Of a stretch of DNA of 64,000 nt, positions 1-8,441 are shown in pieces (within the stretch, counting starts at the first letter, position 1; the number at the start of each line of letters is the position of its first letter). The position numbers and the translations under genes are program-made. Under the pieces are notes generated by a model. The model searched no databases. It was not told the DNA's origin and saw only the letters and a list, made by a program, of their open reading frames with translations. The stretch comes from Candidatus Multivorans sp. Its GTDB lineage: Bacteria > Acidobacteriota > Thermoanaerobaculia > Multivoradales > Multivoraceae. The stretch spans positions 2,848,001-2,912,000 of the forward strand of contig OZ245033.1 in assembly GCA_965224025.1 (NCBI GenBank), read 5' to 3'.

Positions 1-37
1 AGATCGAGCGGCGTCGGGCAGATAGGCGCGGCGTAGT

Positions 38-505
38 TCAGGCGATCTCGATCTTCCGTGCCTTGGCCTCCTCGATCTTGGGGACGGCGATGCTCAGCAC
101 GCCGTTCTCGAACTCGGCCGTGACTGTCGAAGCATCGGCATCGGAAGGAAGGTGAAAGCGCCGGGCGAAACGGCCGTGGACGCGCTCGATGCGGTCCACG
201 CTCACTCCCTCCCGCTCGATGCGGCGTTCGCCCGAGAGGGTGAGGGTGTGATCCTCGACCGTCAGTTGGACGTCGTTCCGGGACAGACCGGGGAGGTCGA
301 CCGTCAGTGTGTAGGCGTCTTCGGTCTGCGTGAGGTCCGCGGCGGGTGACCAGGTCATCGCGGCGGACTCGGCGCCGTCGTGGCCCGCGAAGCGGGTCAG
401 GACCGGTGAGAAGAGGTCGTCGAGCATCGCCTTGCCGAAGAGCGGCTCGAAGGCCCCGATCAGGGGGCGGCGGAAGGGAGTGTGGTGAATCAGGCTGCGA
501 GTCAT
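38..505 (-). CDS. Small heat-shock protein, Hsp20/alpha-crystallin family
   Basis: alpha-crystallin motifs 'VDLPGL', 'LSGER', 'GRFARRFHLP', 'AEFENGVLSIAVPK' and C-terminal IEI; GGAGG upstream. Confidence 0.95.
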   Translation of the reverse strand: MTRSLIHHTPFRRPLIGAFEPLFGKAMLDDLFSPVLTRFAGHDGAESAAMTWSPAADLTQTEDAYTLTVDLPGLSRNDVQLTVEDHTLTLSGERRIEREGVSVDRIERVHGRFARRFHLPSDADASTVTAEFENGVLSIAVPKIEEAKARKIEIA

Positions 506-571
506 GGGTGCTTATCCTCCATTCGTTGATCTGCGAAACACCGTCGGTTGGTTGAGCCCCGACGGCCAACG

Positions 572-600
572 AGTATGAGTGAAATGCGCGCAGATGTCAA
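572..600 (-). promoter_or_regulatory. Sigma70-type promoter of hsp20 (TTGACA-N17-CATACT)
   Basis: Plus strand has TGTCAA at 595-600 and AGTATG at 572-577, with a 17-bp spacer, about 65 bp upstream of the ATG. Confidence 0.7.
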
Positions 601-697
601 CTATCTGCCTTGAGACATATCAGATAAGTGGCTTGCTGCACTGCTTCGGCCCCGAACCTCCCCTCGGGCAGCCGATGTCAGTGGCCTGTAACGGCGA

Positions 698-1498
698 CTA
701 GTGGACCGGTTTCCCGGTCCACTGGTTCGGCTTGGTCACGCCGGTGACCGCGCCCAGCGTCGGGCCGATCTCGGCGTGGAGCACGAGGTCGGCAATCCCG
801 TCGAGGTCGGTGGCTTCGCGGTTCAGGATGACCAGCCTGGCGCCCACCTGCTTGGCGAGGGCGGGGAAGCCGGCGGCGGGGTAGACCACGAGGGAACTGC
901 CGATCGCCAGGAAGAGATCGGCGGCCAGGGTTGCCTCCTGGGCGCGTCGCATGGCTACCTCGGGCATCGCCTGACCGAACGAGATCGTGGCGGTCTTGAT
1001 GATGCCGCGGCAGGTCTCGCCGGCCAGGTTCTGGCGTGTGCAGACCGGCAGTTCCTCTCGCTCGCGGAACGCGGCCACAATGGGATCGAGCTCGTAGCGC
1101 TGGCGGCACTCGAGGCAGGCGGCGTAGGTTGCGTTGCCGTGCAGCTCGATCACCTCGCCGTCGGGGATGCCGGACTCCTGGTGGAGGCCGTCCACGTTCT
1201 GGGTGATCACGGCCCGCAGCTTGCCCAGGCGGCGGAGTTCCGCGAGCGCAAGGTGGCCGCGGTTCGGCCGCGCCCTGGACATGGTGCGGTCGCTGCCGAT
1301 CTTGCGCCGCCAGGACTCGCGACGCGCCCCCTCGGAGGCGACGAACTCGCCGAAGTCGATCGGCTTGTACTTCGTCCAGATGCCGCCCGGGCCGCGGAAG
1401 TCGGGGATTCCGGATTCGGTGCTGATTCCCGCGCCCGTGAACGCGACAATCCGGGTCGCCTCGTTGATCAAGCGTTCGAATTCCTGCACTTGGCTCAT
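698..1498 (-). CDS. cobB: Sir2-family NAD-dependent protein deacylase
   Basis: GAGISTESGIPDFRG, TQNVDGLH, ELHG, CxxC zinc ligands, GSSLVVYPAA. Confidence 0.93.
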   Translation of the reverse strand: MSQVQEFERLINEATRIVAFTGAGISTESGIPDFRGPGGIWTKYKPIDFGEFVASEGARRESWRRKIGSDRTMSRARPNRGHLALAELRRLGKLRAVITQNVDGLHQESGIPDGEVIELHGNATYAACLECRQRYELDPIVAAFREREELPVCTRQNLAGETCRGIIKTATISFGQAMPEVAMRRAQEATLAADLFLAIGSSLVVYPAAGFPALAKQVGARLVILNREATDLDGIADLVLHAEIGPTLGAVTGVTKPNQWTGKPVH

Positions 1499-1566
1499 GG
1501 CGATCTCCCGGTCGTTTCGTTGATCATGTGTCCGAGTTCCTGCACTTGGCTCATCGCGCTCTCCCG
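1461..1566. repeat. Tandem 50-bp imperfect duplication of the sirtuin RBS and 5' end
   Basis: 1461-1510 versus 1517-1566, 44/50 identical, period 56 bp. Confidence 0.9.
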
Positions 1567-1688
1567 ATGGTTTGGGCCGTATCGCCAGTCTACGGCCTGT
1601 TCTCTACCGACCGGTCGGTCTGTTACACTGCCGGCCGCTCGCATACCAGTTGGATGGACCCGGCGCCGCCGGAGGATAGAGAGTCAGC

Positions 1689-2519
1689 ATGTCTTTCCAT
1701 AGCTTCACAGGCACGGACACCTACCTCGCCGCGCCCGAACTCCGGGACTCGGTGAACGTCTCTGCGGCGCTCGAGAAGCCGCTCCTGGTCCGCGGCGAGC
1801 CCGGTACGGGCAAGACCGTGCTTGCCGAGGCGATCGCGGAGAACCTGGTCATGGAGCTCCTGACCTGGAACATCAAGTCGACGAGCAAGGCGCAGGAGGG
1901 CCTCTACGTCTACGACACGGTGCAGCGGCTCAACGACGCCCGGTTCGGCGACAAGGACATCACGGACATCTCCCAGTACATCAAGTACGGCCCCCTCGGG
2001 CAGTCCTTCCTCGCCGACCAGCGGGTCGTGCTGCTGATCGACGAGATCGACAAGGCGGACATGGAGTTCCCGAACGATCTGCTGCACGAACTGGACCGGA
2101 TGAGCTTCTTCGTCAACGAGACGGGCAGGCGGCACGCCGCCAGGTTCCGGCCGATCGTGGTCATCACGTCGAACAACGAGAAGGAGTTGCCGGACGCCTT
2201 CCTGCGCAGGTGCGTGTTCCACTACATCGCGTTCCCGGACAAGGTCGAGATGGAGAGCATCATCCGGGTCCACCACCCGGACGTCGAGGCAGAACTGCTG
2301 CAGCAGGTTCTGCTGCGGTTCTACTGGCTGCGCGATCTGCCCGAGATTCGCAAGAAGCCGTCCACCAGCGAACTGATCGACTGGATCGCCGCCCTGCGCC
2401 GCGGCGGCGTGAGCACGGACGTGATCGAGAGTGAGCTACCCTTCCTGGGCGTGCTGATGAAGCGGGAGAACGACCTGGAGGCGGTGATGGCTGCGCATCG
2501 CCGCGGCCGGGTGAACTAG
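1689..2519 (+). CDS. MoxR-family AAA+ ATPase
   Basis: Walker A GEPGTGKT, Walker B LLIDEIDKAD, ITSNNEKELPDAFLRRC. Confidence 0.95.
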   Translation: MSFHSFTGTDTYLAAPELRDSVNVSAALEKPLLVRGEPGTGKTVLAEAIAENLVMELLTWNIKSTSKAQEGLYVYDTVQRLNDARFGDKDITDISQYIKYGPLGQSFLADQRVVLLIDEIDKADMEFPNDLLHELDRMSFFVNETGRRHAARFRPIVVITSNNEKELPDAFLRRCVFHYIAFPDKVEMESIIRVHHPDVEAELLQQVLLRFYWLRDLPEIRKKPSTSELIDWIAALRRGGVSTDVIESELPFLGVLMKRENDLEAVMAAHRRGRVN

Positions 2520-2574
2520 GGTCGAACCGCAGCACCACGCCACAGCCCGATCCGACTCGAACGCAGCCCCAGCC

Positions 2575-3768
2575 ATGTTTGTCGATTTCTTCTACCACTT
2601 GAGAGGCTACGGCCTGAAGGTGACGATCACGGAGTGGCTGGCGCTGATGAAGGCGCTGGGGATCGGCTACAGCCGCGCGGACCTGCACGTCTTCTACAAC
2701 CTGGCCCGTTGCCTGATGGTCAAGCGGGAAGCGGACTTCGACAACTACGATCGCGCCTTCGCGTCCTTCTTCATGGGGGTCGACAACCACTTCGACATCA
2801 GCGACGAACTGCTCGAGTGGCTGTCCAGGCCGGAACTGCCGCGGGAGTTGACCGACGAGGAGCGAGCAAAGCTGCAAGCGCTTGATCTCGATGAACTGCG
2901 CGAGCGCTTCAAGGAACTGCTCGATGAGCAGAAGGAGCGCCACGACGGCGGCAGTCGCTGGATCGGGACGGGCGGCATGTCTCCCTTCGGGCACGGCGGC
3001 GAACATCCCACGGGAGTTCGCATCGGCGGCTCCGGCGGCGGCCGGTCCGCGGTCCAGGTGGCGACCGACCGGCGTTTCCGCAATCTGCGCTCGGACCGCA
3101 TCCTCGACACGCGGCAGATCGGGCTGGCGCTGCGCCGCCTGCGGAAACTCGACAAGGACGAGGGCCCCGAAGAACTGGACATCGACGAGACGATCGACAG
3201 CAGCGCCCGCAATGCCGGCGAGATCGATCTCGTGTTCCGGCCGCCGAAGCGGAACCGGATCAAGCTGCTGCTGCTGATCGACGTCGGCGGGTCGATGGAT
3301 CCCCACACCCTGCTCTGCGAGCGGCTGTTCTCCGCCGCCCACAAGGCGAACCACTTCAAGAAGTTCGAGTTCAAGTTCTTCCACAACTGCGTGTATGAGA
3401 ACCTGTACACGGACATCAGCCGCTGGAAGGGGGCGCCGACTTCCCGGATCCTCAAGCGTCTCGACCACACCTGGTCCGTGTGCCTCGTCGGCGATGCCTG
3501 GATGAGCCCCTACGAGTTGACCCACACCGGCGGCGCGATCGACTACTACCACACCAACCAGGTCACCGGTCTCGACTGGCTGCGCAAGTTCCGCGACCGT
3601 TGTCCGAACTCGATCTGGCTCAACCCGGAACCGCGCCGGATCTGGAACGCGCCGACGATTCACCTGATTCGCCAAGTCTTCCCGATGTTCGAGTTGACCA
3701 TCGACGGCCTGACCGAAGGCATCGACGTCTTGAGAGGGATCCGCCCGAACCGCGCGCTTGCGGCCTGA
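2575..3768 (+). CDS. VWA-domain (CoxE-like) partner of MoxR
   Basis: MIDAS-like DVGGSMD, VGDAWMSPYE, WLNPEP; directly downstream of MoxR. Confidence 0.9.
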   Translation: MFVDFFYHLRGYGLKVTITEWLALMKALGIGYSRADLHVFYNLARCLMVKREADFDNYDRAFASFFMGVDNHFDISDELLEWLSRPELPRELTDEERAKLQALDLDELRERFKELLDEQKERHDGGSRWIGTGGMSPFGHGGEHPTGVRIGGSGGGRSAVQVATDRRFRNLRSDRILDTRQIGLALRRLRKLDKDEGPEELDIDETIDSSARNAGEIDLVFRPPKRNRIKLLLLIDVGGSMDPHTLLCERLFSAAHKANHFKKFEFKFFHNCVYENLYTDISRWKGAPTSRILKRLDHTWSVCLVGDAWMSPYELTHTGGAIDYYHTNQVTGLDWLRKFRDRCPNSIWLNPEPRRIWNAPTIHLIRQVFPMFELTIDGLTEGIDVLRGIRPNRALAA

Positions 3769-3947
3769 GTCGGCGCAAGGGCGCCGCCGGTTCCAGACCG
3801 CCCGGGAATGGCCTGCCGGCCGTCAGGGTTAGCGCCGCCAAACTCCTCGCAGACTCGGCGTTTGGCCCCATCCCCACCTCGCCAGGAGCTTGCACCACGG
3901 AACTCACGTCGTTGCGTTCGGGTGGCGCAAGCTCCTAGACTATTCAG

Positions 3948-4904
3948 ATGGAGGAGAAACCACCAGCGGAGACCCCGTCCGACGGCCTCGACTCGGTGGA
4001 GAACGAGCCGGATCGCAGTGATCCGATTCTCGATCTGCCGTTGAGCCTGAGCAGGGAGAGCGCCCCCGGCGAACCCACGGGCGCGGGCCCGTACCTTGAC
4101 GGCTCGGCCGAAGATCCGCCGCCGGACCGCTCCGGGACGATAGCCGTCATCGTCATCGCCGGTCTCATTCTCCTTGGCGGCGGTGCGGTGATCTGGTGGT
4201 GGTTCTCCAGCCGCTCCGAGGATCCCGTCGATCCAGACGCCGCGGCTGCGGCCGCCGCGGAGGTCTCCGCTCCCGAACCGAGCGCGGCGACGCCGGCCGC
4301 CGAGCCACCCGCCCCGGAACCGACGGCGCCGCCAGTCCTGTCCGAGAGCGATTCCCTGGTACGGGATGTCGTGGGCGGCCTGTCACAGCATGCACAGTGG
4401 ATGACGTGGTTCGTCCCCGAGGAGCTGGCGATGAACTTTGTGCGCGCGGTCGCAGCCGTCGCCTACGATGAGCCGCCCCAGTCGAGTCTGGAACCGCTGC
4501 AACCGGAGGAGGGCTTCAGCGTCGTGCGGCGTGGTCAACGCTTCTACCCGGCCGAGACGAGCTTTCGCCGCTATGACCTGGCGGTCGAGGTCTTCGATTC
4601 GATCGATGTCGCCGGCGTCTCCCGCGCCTACGAACGTCTGGAACCGCTGTTCGAGCAGGCGCACGATGAACTTGGTTACCCGAACGAGTTCGGCGACACG
4701 CTGGAACTCGCGGTGACCAGGCTGCTGGCGACGCCGACTCCGGACGCGCCGCCGGAACTTCGGTTGCGAGTGATCAGCTTCGAGTACGTCGATCCCGGTC
4801 TCGAGGGATTGAGCCCGGCCCAGAAGCTCCTGTTGCGCCTGGGTCCGGACAACGGCGACCGTGTTCGCGCGAAGGTCAGGGAACTCTACGGGGCGCTGCC
4901 CTAG
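3948..4904 (+). CDS. DUF3014-like membrane-anchored protein
   Basis: Single TM segment, Pro/Ala linker, 'LEGLSPAQKLLLRLGPDN' C-terminal motif. Confidence 0.8.
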   Translation: MEEKPPAETPSDGLDSVENEPDRSDPILDLPLSLSRESAPGEPTGAGPYLDGSAEDPPPDRSGTIAVIVIAGLILLGGGAVIWWWFSSRSEDPVDPDAAAAAAAEVSAPEPSAATPAAEPPAPEPTAPPVLSESDSLVRDVVGGLSQHAQWMTWFVPEELAMNFVRAVAAVAYDEPPQSSLEPLQPEEGFSVVRRGQRFYPAETSFRRYDLAVEVFDSIDVAGVSRAYERLEPLFEQAHDELGYPNEFGDTLELAVTRLLATPTPDAPPELRLRVISFEYVDPGLEGLSPAQKLLLRLGPDNGDRVRAKVRELYGALP

Positions 4905-4918
4905 CCTACCGTAAACAA

Positions 4919-5003
4919 CTGGGTGCGCCGGCCTTCCGGCCGGCATTCGGCGCGCAGCGCCGGCCTTCCGACTGAGAGCCGGCCAGAAGGCCGGCGCACG
5001 CAG
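4919..5003. repeat. Inverted pair of REP-like palindromes between convergent genes (likely also a terminator)
   Basis: CTGGGTGCGCCGGCCTTCCGGCCGGC (4919-4944) and GCCGGCCAGAAGGCCGGCGCACGCAG (4978-5003); same unit at 6636-6658. Confidence 0.85.
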
Positions 5004-5011
5004 TCGAGGCC

Positions 5012-6628
5012 CTAGCGCCCGAGGGCTCGGCGCTGCGCTTCGGCGTACCGCGCGAGCATCCGGTCGTAGACCGCGACTGCCTGGGGGCGAGGCGCGGCGG
5101 AAGGACCGGCCTCGCCGGCCGGCGGCAGAGGGTACGGCCTGCGCCCGGTCGCGCGTAGAGCGGCGCCCAGGGCTGCGCCGTCGCTGACCTCGTGCCCCTC
5201 GACGGTGCAGCCCATCACGTCGGCGGCGATCTGGAGCATCTCCCGATTGTGGGAGCCGCCTCCGGTAGCCAGAATCCGGCTGGGCCGGGTCGCCATCCAT
5301 TCCGAGTTGAGCCGCATGGACAGGAACTGCCCTTCGACGACGGCACGGCAGTTCTGAGCTGCGTGCTCCGGCGCATCCTCCAGGCCGTCCAGCCGAACGA
5401 CCCGCGGCGACGCCACGCGCGGGACGATCTCCGGTTCGAACCACGGCAGCATCATCTTGCCGTCGTTCCCGGGCGGAGTTGCCCGCAGCGACTCCTCGAA
5501 GCTTTGCCAGTCGAGACCGTGACGGTCCCGCACCGCTTCGCGCGCCAGCGACCCGTTGCGGAAGCAGATCAGGCTCATCGGATGACCGCTCGGCGCGATG
5601 AACACATGGCCGTTGGCATCGGGATCGACGGCGACATCGTCGAGCAGGCAGAAGTAGGTGTCGCTGGTCCCCAGGCTCAGCACAGCCTCACCCGGCTCGC
5701 GGACGCCGACGCCTACCAGGGAGCAGGGGTTGTCGCCGGAGCCGATGACCGCTTGCGCGTCCGCGGAAAATCCGTAGCGGTCCACGAAGCAGGGAGCGAT
5801 CTCTCCAACGATTGTCCAGGGCGGTTGGGACGGCAGTAGACGCCCGTCCAGCCCTTCGGCGGTGGCGGCAATGGCTGTTTCAGACCATTCCCGCCGCCGG
5901 ATGTCGAGCAGGTTCATGCCCGAACCGTCGCCGTGGTCGATCGGCGCCAGCCGGCCGGCAAGGACGGAGGTGACGAAGGAGCTGACCAGGCAGACGTGTG
6001 CGGTATCGGCCCATGCGTCGGGCTCGGTCCGAGCGAAGCGCCGGATCTGGGGCCCGGTGAAGCGCTCGAAGGCGTCGCTGCCGGTGAGTTCTGCGGTCGC
6101 TGCAGCGCCGCCGAGGGTGCGCCGAATCTCCGCGCACTCCCGCGTGGTGGAGGAATCGGTCCAGATCGGTGCTTCGGTGCGGGCAAGAAGAGGCTCGATC
6201 TGCTCCGCGAGGCCCCGGTCCGGGGTCAGGGACCGAAGGCCGGCCCCGGTTCCCGATCGGAGATAGACGGAGCCATGCTGCTGGCCCGACACCGACACGC
6301 CGCTGATCTTTCCGCACAGGTCGCTGCCCAGTCGTTCGAGCGCCAGGTCCAGAGCCTCAAGCCACATGCATGGTGGTACCCGTCCGATCGCCGGATCATC
6401 GTTGGGGAGCTGGCCGTTGACGGTGCCGAACTGAGGGAGTTCGGAGTCGTAGTGGACGCGTGCGCGCGCGGCGATCTCGAGCGCCCGGTCCTCGGCCTCT
6501 CCGTCGGGCGGCGTCGCCTCAACCAGAATTACGGTCAAGCTCTGTGTGCCGACATCGATTCCGAGGTAGAGGGCCCCACCGCCAGCGCGGTCGTCGCTCT
6601 GCGGTCGCCGCTTCGCGGCGCGTCTCAT
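5012..6628 (-). CDS. xylB: Xylulokinase (FGGY kinase)
   Basis: YLGIDVGTQS, SVSGQQHGSVY, ERFTGPQIR, GDNPCS, ATGGGS; downstream of xylA. Start set to ATG 6628 because the longer ORF runs into the IS. Confidence 0.88.
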   Translation of the reverse strand: MRRAAKRRPQSDDRAGGGALYLGIDVGTQSLTVILVEATPPDGEAEDRALEIAARARVHYDSELPQFGTVNGQLPNDDPAIGRVPPCMWLEALDLALERLGSDLCGKISGVSVSGQQHGSVYLRSGTGAGLRSLTPDRGLAEQIEPLLARTEAPIWTDSSTTRECAEIRRTLGGAAATAELTGSDAFERFTGPQIRRFARTEPDAWADTAHVCLVSSFVTSVLAGRLAPIDHGDGSGMNLLDIRRREWSETAIAATAEGLDGRLLPSQPPWTIVGEIAPCFVDRYGFSADAQAVIGSGDNPCSLVGVGVREPGEAVLSLGTSDTYFCLLDDVAVDPDANGHVFIAPSGHPMSLICFRNGSLAREAVRDRHGLDWQSFEESLRATPPGNDGKMMLPWFEPEIVPRVASPRVVRLDGLEDAPEHAAQNCRAVVEGQFLSMRLNSEWMATRPSRILATGGGSHNREMLQIAADVMGCTVEGHEVSDGAALGAALRATGRRPYPLPPAGEAGPSAAPRPQAVAVYDRMLARYAEAQRRALGR

Positions 6629-6868
6629 CCCGGAAGCCGGCCAGAAGGCCGGCGCACCTGTACCTTTCCGGGATGCATTCTGGCGTGTCGTTGAGAGAGG
6701 TGGAATGGACCAGTAGCCGTCGTGGCTGCGGTAGCTGTGGGAAACCGGCTTGCCGGTTTTCCAAGGTCCGGCGGGAAACGGTCTGCCGTTTTCCGCCGGG
6801 CCGGCAGCTTCCGCAGCCGAGACCGCCGGTCGGTTGCGTCTCCGGCCTGCCGGAGTCACTGAAGGAAA

Positions 6869-7023
6869 GTCGGCAAGCAGCCAGGAGCAACCACCGGCGT
6901 ACTGTGCTTCGAGCACCTGGCTGGGACCCGTGCCCTGGCTGCTTCGCCGCGTTGGACGCCCAGTGGAGAGTCAGTGCCTTAGAGCACCAGTACAGGTACG
7001 GGCAGGCAACGCGGCATGCCGAC
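6869..7023 (+). ncRNA. IS110 bridge RNA (target-binding and donor-binding loops)
   Basis: Stems 6875-6885/6934-6944 and 6946-6954/7007-7015 each enclose a GTGC..GCAC hairpin flanked by guides matching target (CCGGCGTAC, CTGGG) and donor (GTGGAGAGTC, GTACAGG); true transcript ends unknown. Confidence 0.88.
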
Positions 7024-7058
7024 CAGGCAACACTACCGCAAGGGAGAAGGAGGACGAG

Positions 7059-8312
7059 ATGACCAGGACGTGGTTCGTCGGCGTGGACTGGGGGTCCGAG
7101 ACCCACCACGTGTGTGTGCTGGATCGGGACGGCAAGGTGAGGGGGGAGCGGGCGTTCGACCACAGCGGCAAGGGACTTGCCGCCATGGCCGACTGGCTCC
7201 TTGGACATACCCGACCGACGTCTCCGGACGAGATCGGCGTCGCCATCGAGGTGCCGCACGGACCGGTGGTCGAGACTCTCCTGGAGCGGGGCTTCGCCGT
7301 GCATTCGATCAACCCCAAGCAGCTCGACCGCTTCAGGGACCGCTTCTCCGTCGCCGGCGCCAAGGATGACCGCCGCGATGCACGGGCGCTCGCCGCCGCG
7401 CTTCGCACCGACCCCGAGTGCCTGAACCGCGTGCAACCATCCGATGCAGCCATCGTGATGCTGCGCGAGGTGTCCCGCGGCCGCAAGCAGTTGGTCGGCC
7501 AGAAGAACCGCCTGGAGAACCAGGTCCGCGACCAGCTCTGGCGCTACTACCCGCAGTTTCTCGCCGTGGTCAAGAACGAGGTGTCGGCGCCCTTCGCGCT
7601 GGCCTTGTGGCGACTGGCGCCGACCCCCGACAAGGCTCGACGGCTGCGCGAAGACACGCTCGCCAAACTGCTCAAGGAACACCGCATCCGGCGCCTGACT
7701 GCCGCCCAACTGCGCGATCAACTGCGGGCCGAGCCGATCGCCGTTTCCCCGGACACCGTTAAGGCCGCCGTCGAACACATAGGACTCCTCCGGCCGGTGC
7801 TCGACACCGTCTGCCGCCAACTCGCCGACGCCGAAAGGCGGCTGGAGCGGATGACCCGCGCACTCGAAGCCGACCTCTCCCGGGAAAACGACGACGACAC
7901 GCCCAAGCCGAGCGACGCCGCCATCCTCAGGTCGCTGCCCGGACTCGGCAAGGTCGGCCTCGCCACCCTGCTCTCCGAGGCCGATCAAAGCCTGGGCCGC
8001 AGAGACTACGAGGCACTGCGTTGCCTCTGCGGAGTGGCGCCGGTGACCGTCAAGTCCGGCAAGAAGCTCATCGTCATGCGACGACTCGCCGCCAACGAAC
8101 ACCTCAGCGACGCCGTCTATCACTGGGGACGAGTCGCCATCCAGCACGACCCGATCAGCCGCGCCAAGTACGACGCCATGAAAGCCGAAGGCAAGACACA
8201 CGGACGAGCCATCAGACAACTCGTCGATCGACTCCTCGGCGTCGCCTGCGCCATGCTCCGAGACCGCACTCTCTTCGACCCCAACAAGAGAAGCCATGCC
8301 CAGGTCGCATGA
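7059..8312 (+). CDS. IS110 DEDD recombinase/transposase
   Basis: FVGVDWG, IEVP, KDDRRDA, SLPGLG, GVAPVTVKSG (catalytic Ser region); AGGAGG RBS. Confidence 0.95.
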   Translation: MTRTWFVGVDWGSETHHVCVLDRDGKVRGERAFDHSGKGLAAMADWLLGHTRPTSPDEIGVAIEVPHGPVVETLLERGFAVHSINPKQLDRFRDRFSVAGAKDDRRDARALAAALRTDPECLNRVQPSDAAIVMLREVSRGRKQLVGQKNRLENQVRDQLWRYYPQFLAVVKNEVSAPFALALWRLAPTPDKARRLREDTLAKLLKEHRIRRLTAAQLRDQLRAEPIAVSPDTVKAAVEHIGLLRPVLDTVCRQLADAERRLERMTRALEADLSRENDDDTPKPSDAAILRSLPGLGKVGLATLLSEADQSLGRRDYEALRCLCGVAPVTVKSGKKLIVMRRLAANEHLSDAVYHWGRVAIQHDPISRAKYDAMKAEGKTHGRAIRQLVDRLLGVACAMLRDRTLFDPNKRSHAQVA

Positions 8313-8441
8313 CCTGCCTGACCCGCAGCAACCTCCCCAAAACACACTTGCTAAAGGGTGGAGAGTCCCAGTCACGCTGGCGGACTGGTCCTGCCGCCCC
8401 CTCCGCTCTCTGGTCAGGCGGGTGCGTCCGCACGGCCGTCG

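Larger units (their letters stand above)
6657..8368 (+). mobile_element. IS110-family element (5' non-coding end type) inserted in a REP, CC core at both ends
   Basis: Left GGCGCA-CC-TGTACC and right GGAGAGT-CC-CAGTC; excision restores GGCGCACCCAG, identical to the end of the REP at 4919-4944 (minus strand). Confidence 0.93.

Noticed and set aside
506-630. ROSE thermometer, CIRCE or HAIR element upstream of hsp20
   Set aside because: Only one hairpin (541-566) that does not pair with the SD, and no convincing CIRCE or HAIR consensus.
6629-7058. N-terminal extensions of xylB (to 6916) and of the IS110 transposase (from 6750)
   Set aside because: They run through the IS non-coding end and bridge RNA; homology starts near 6628 and at 7059 (strong RBS).
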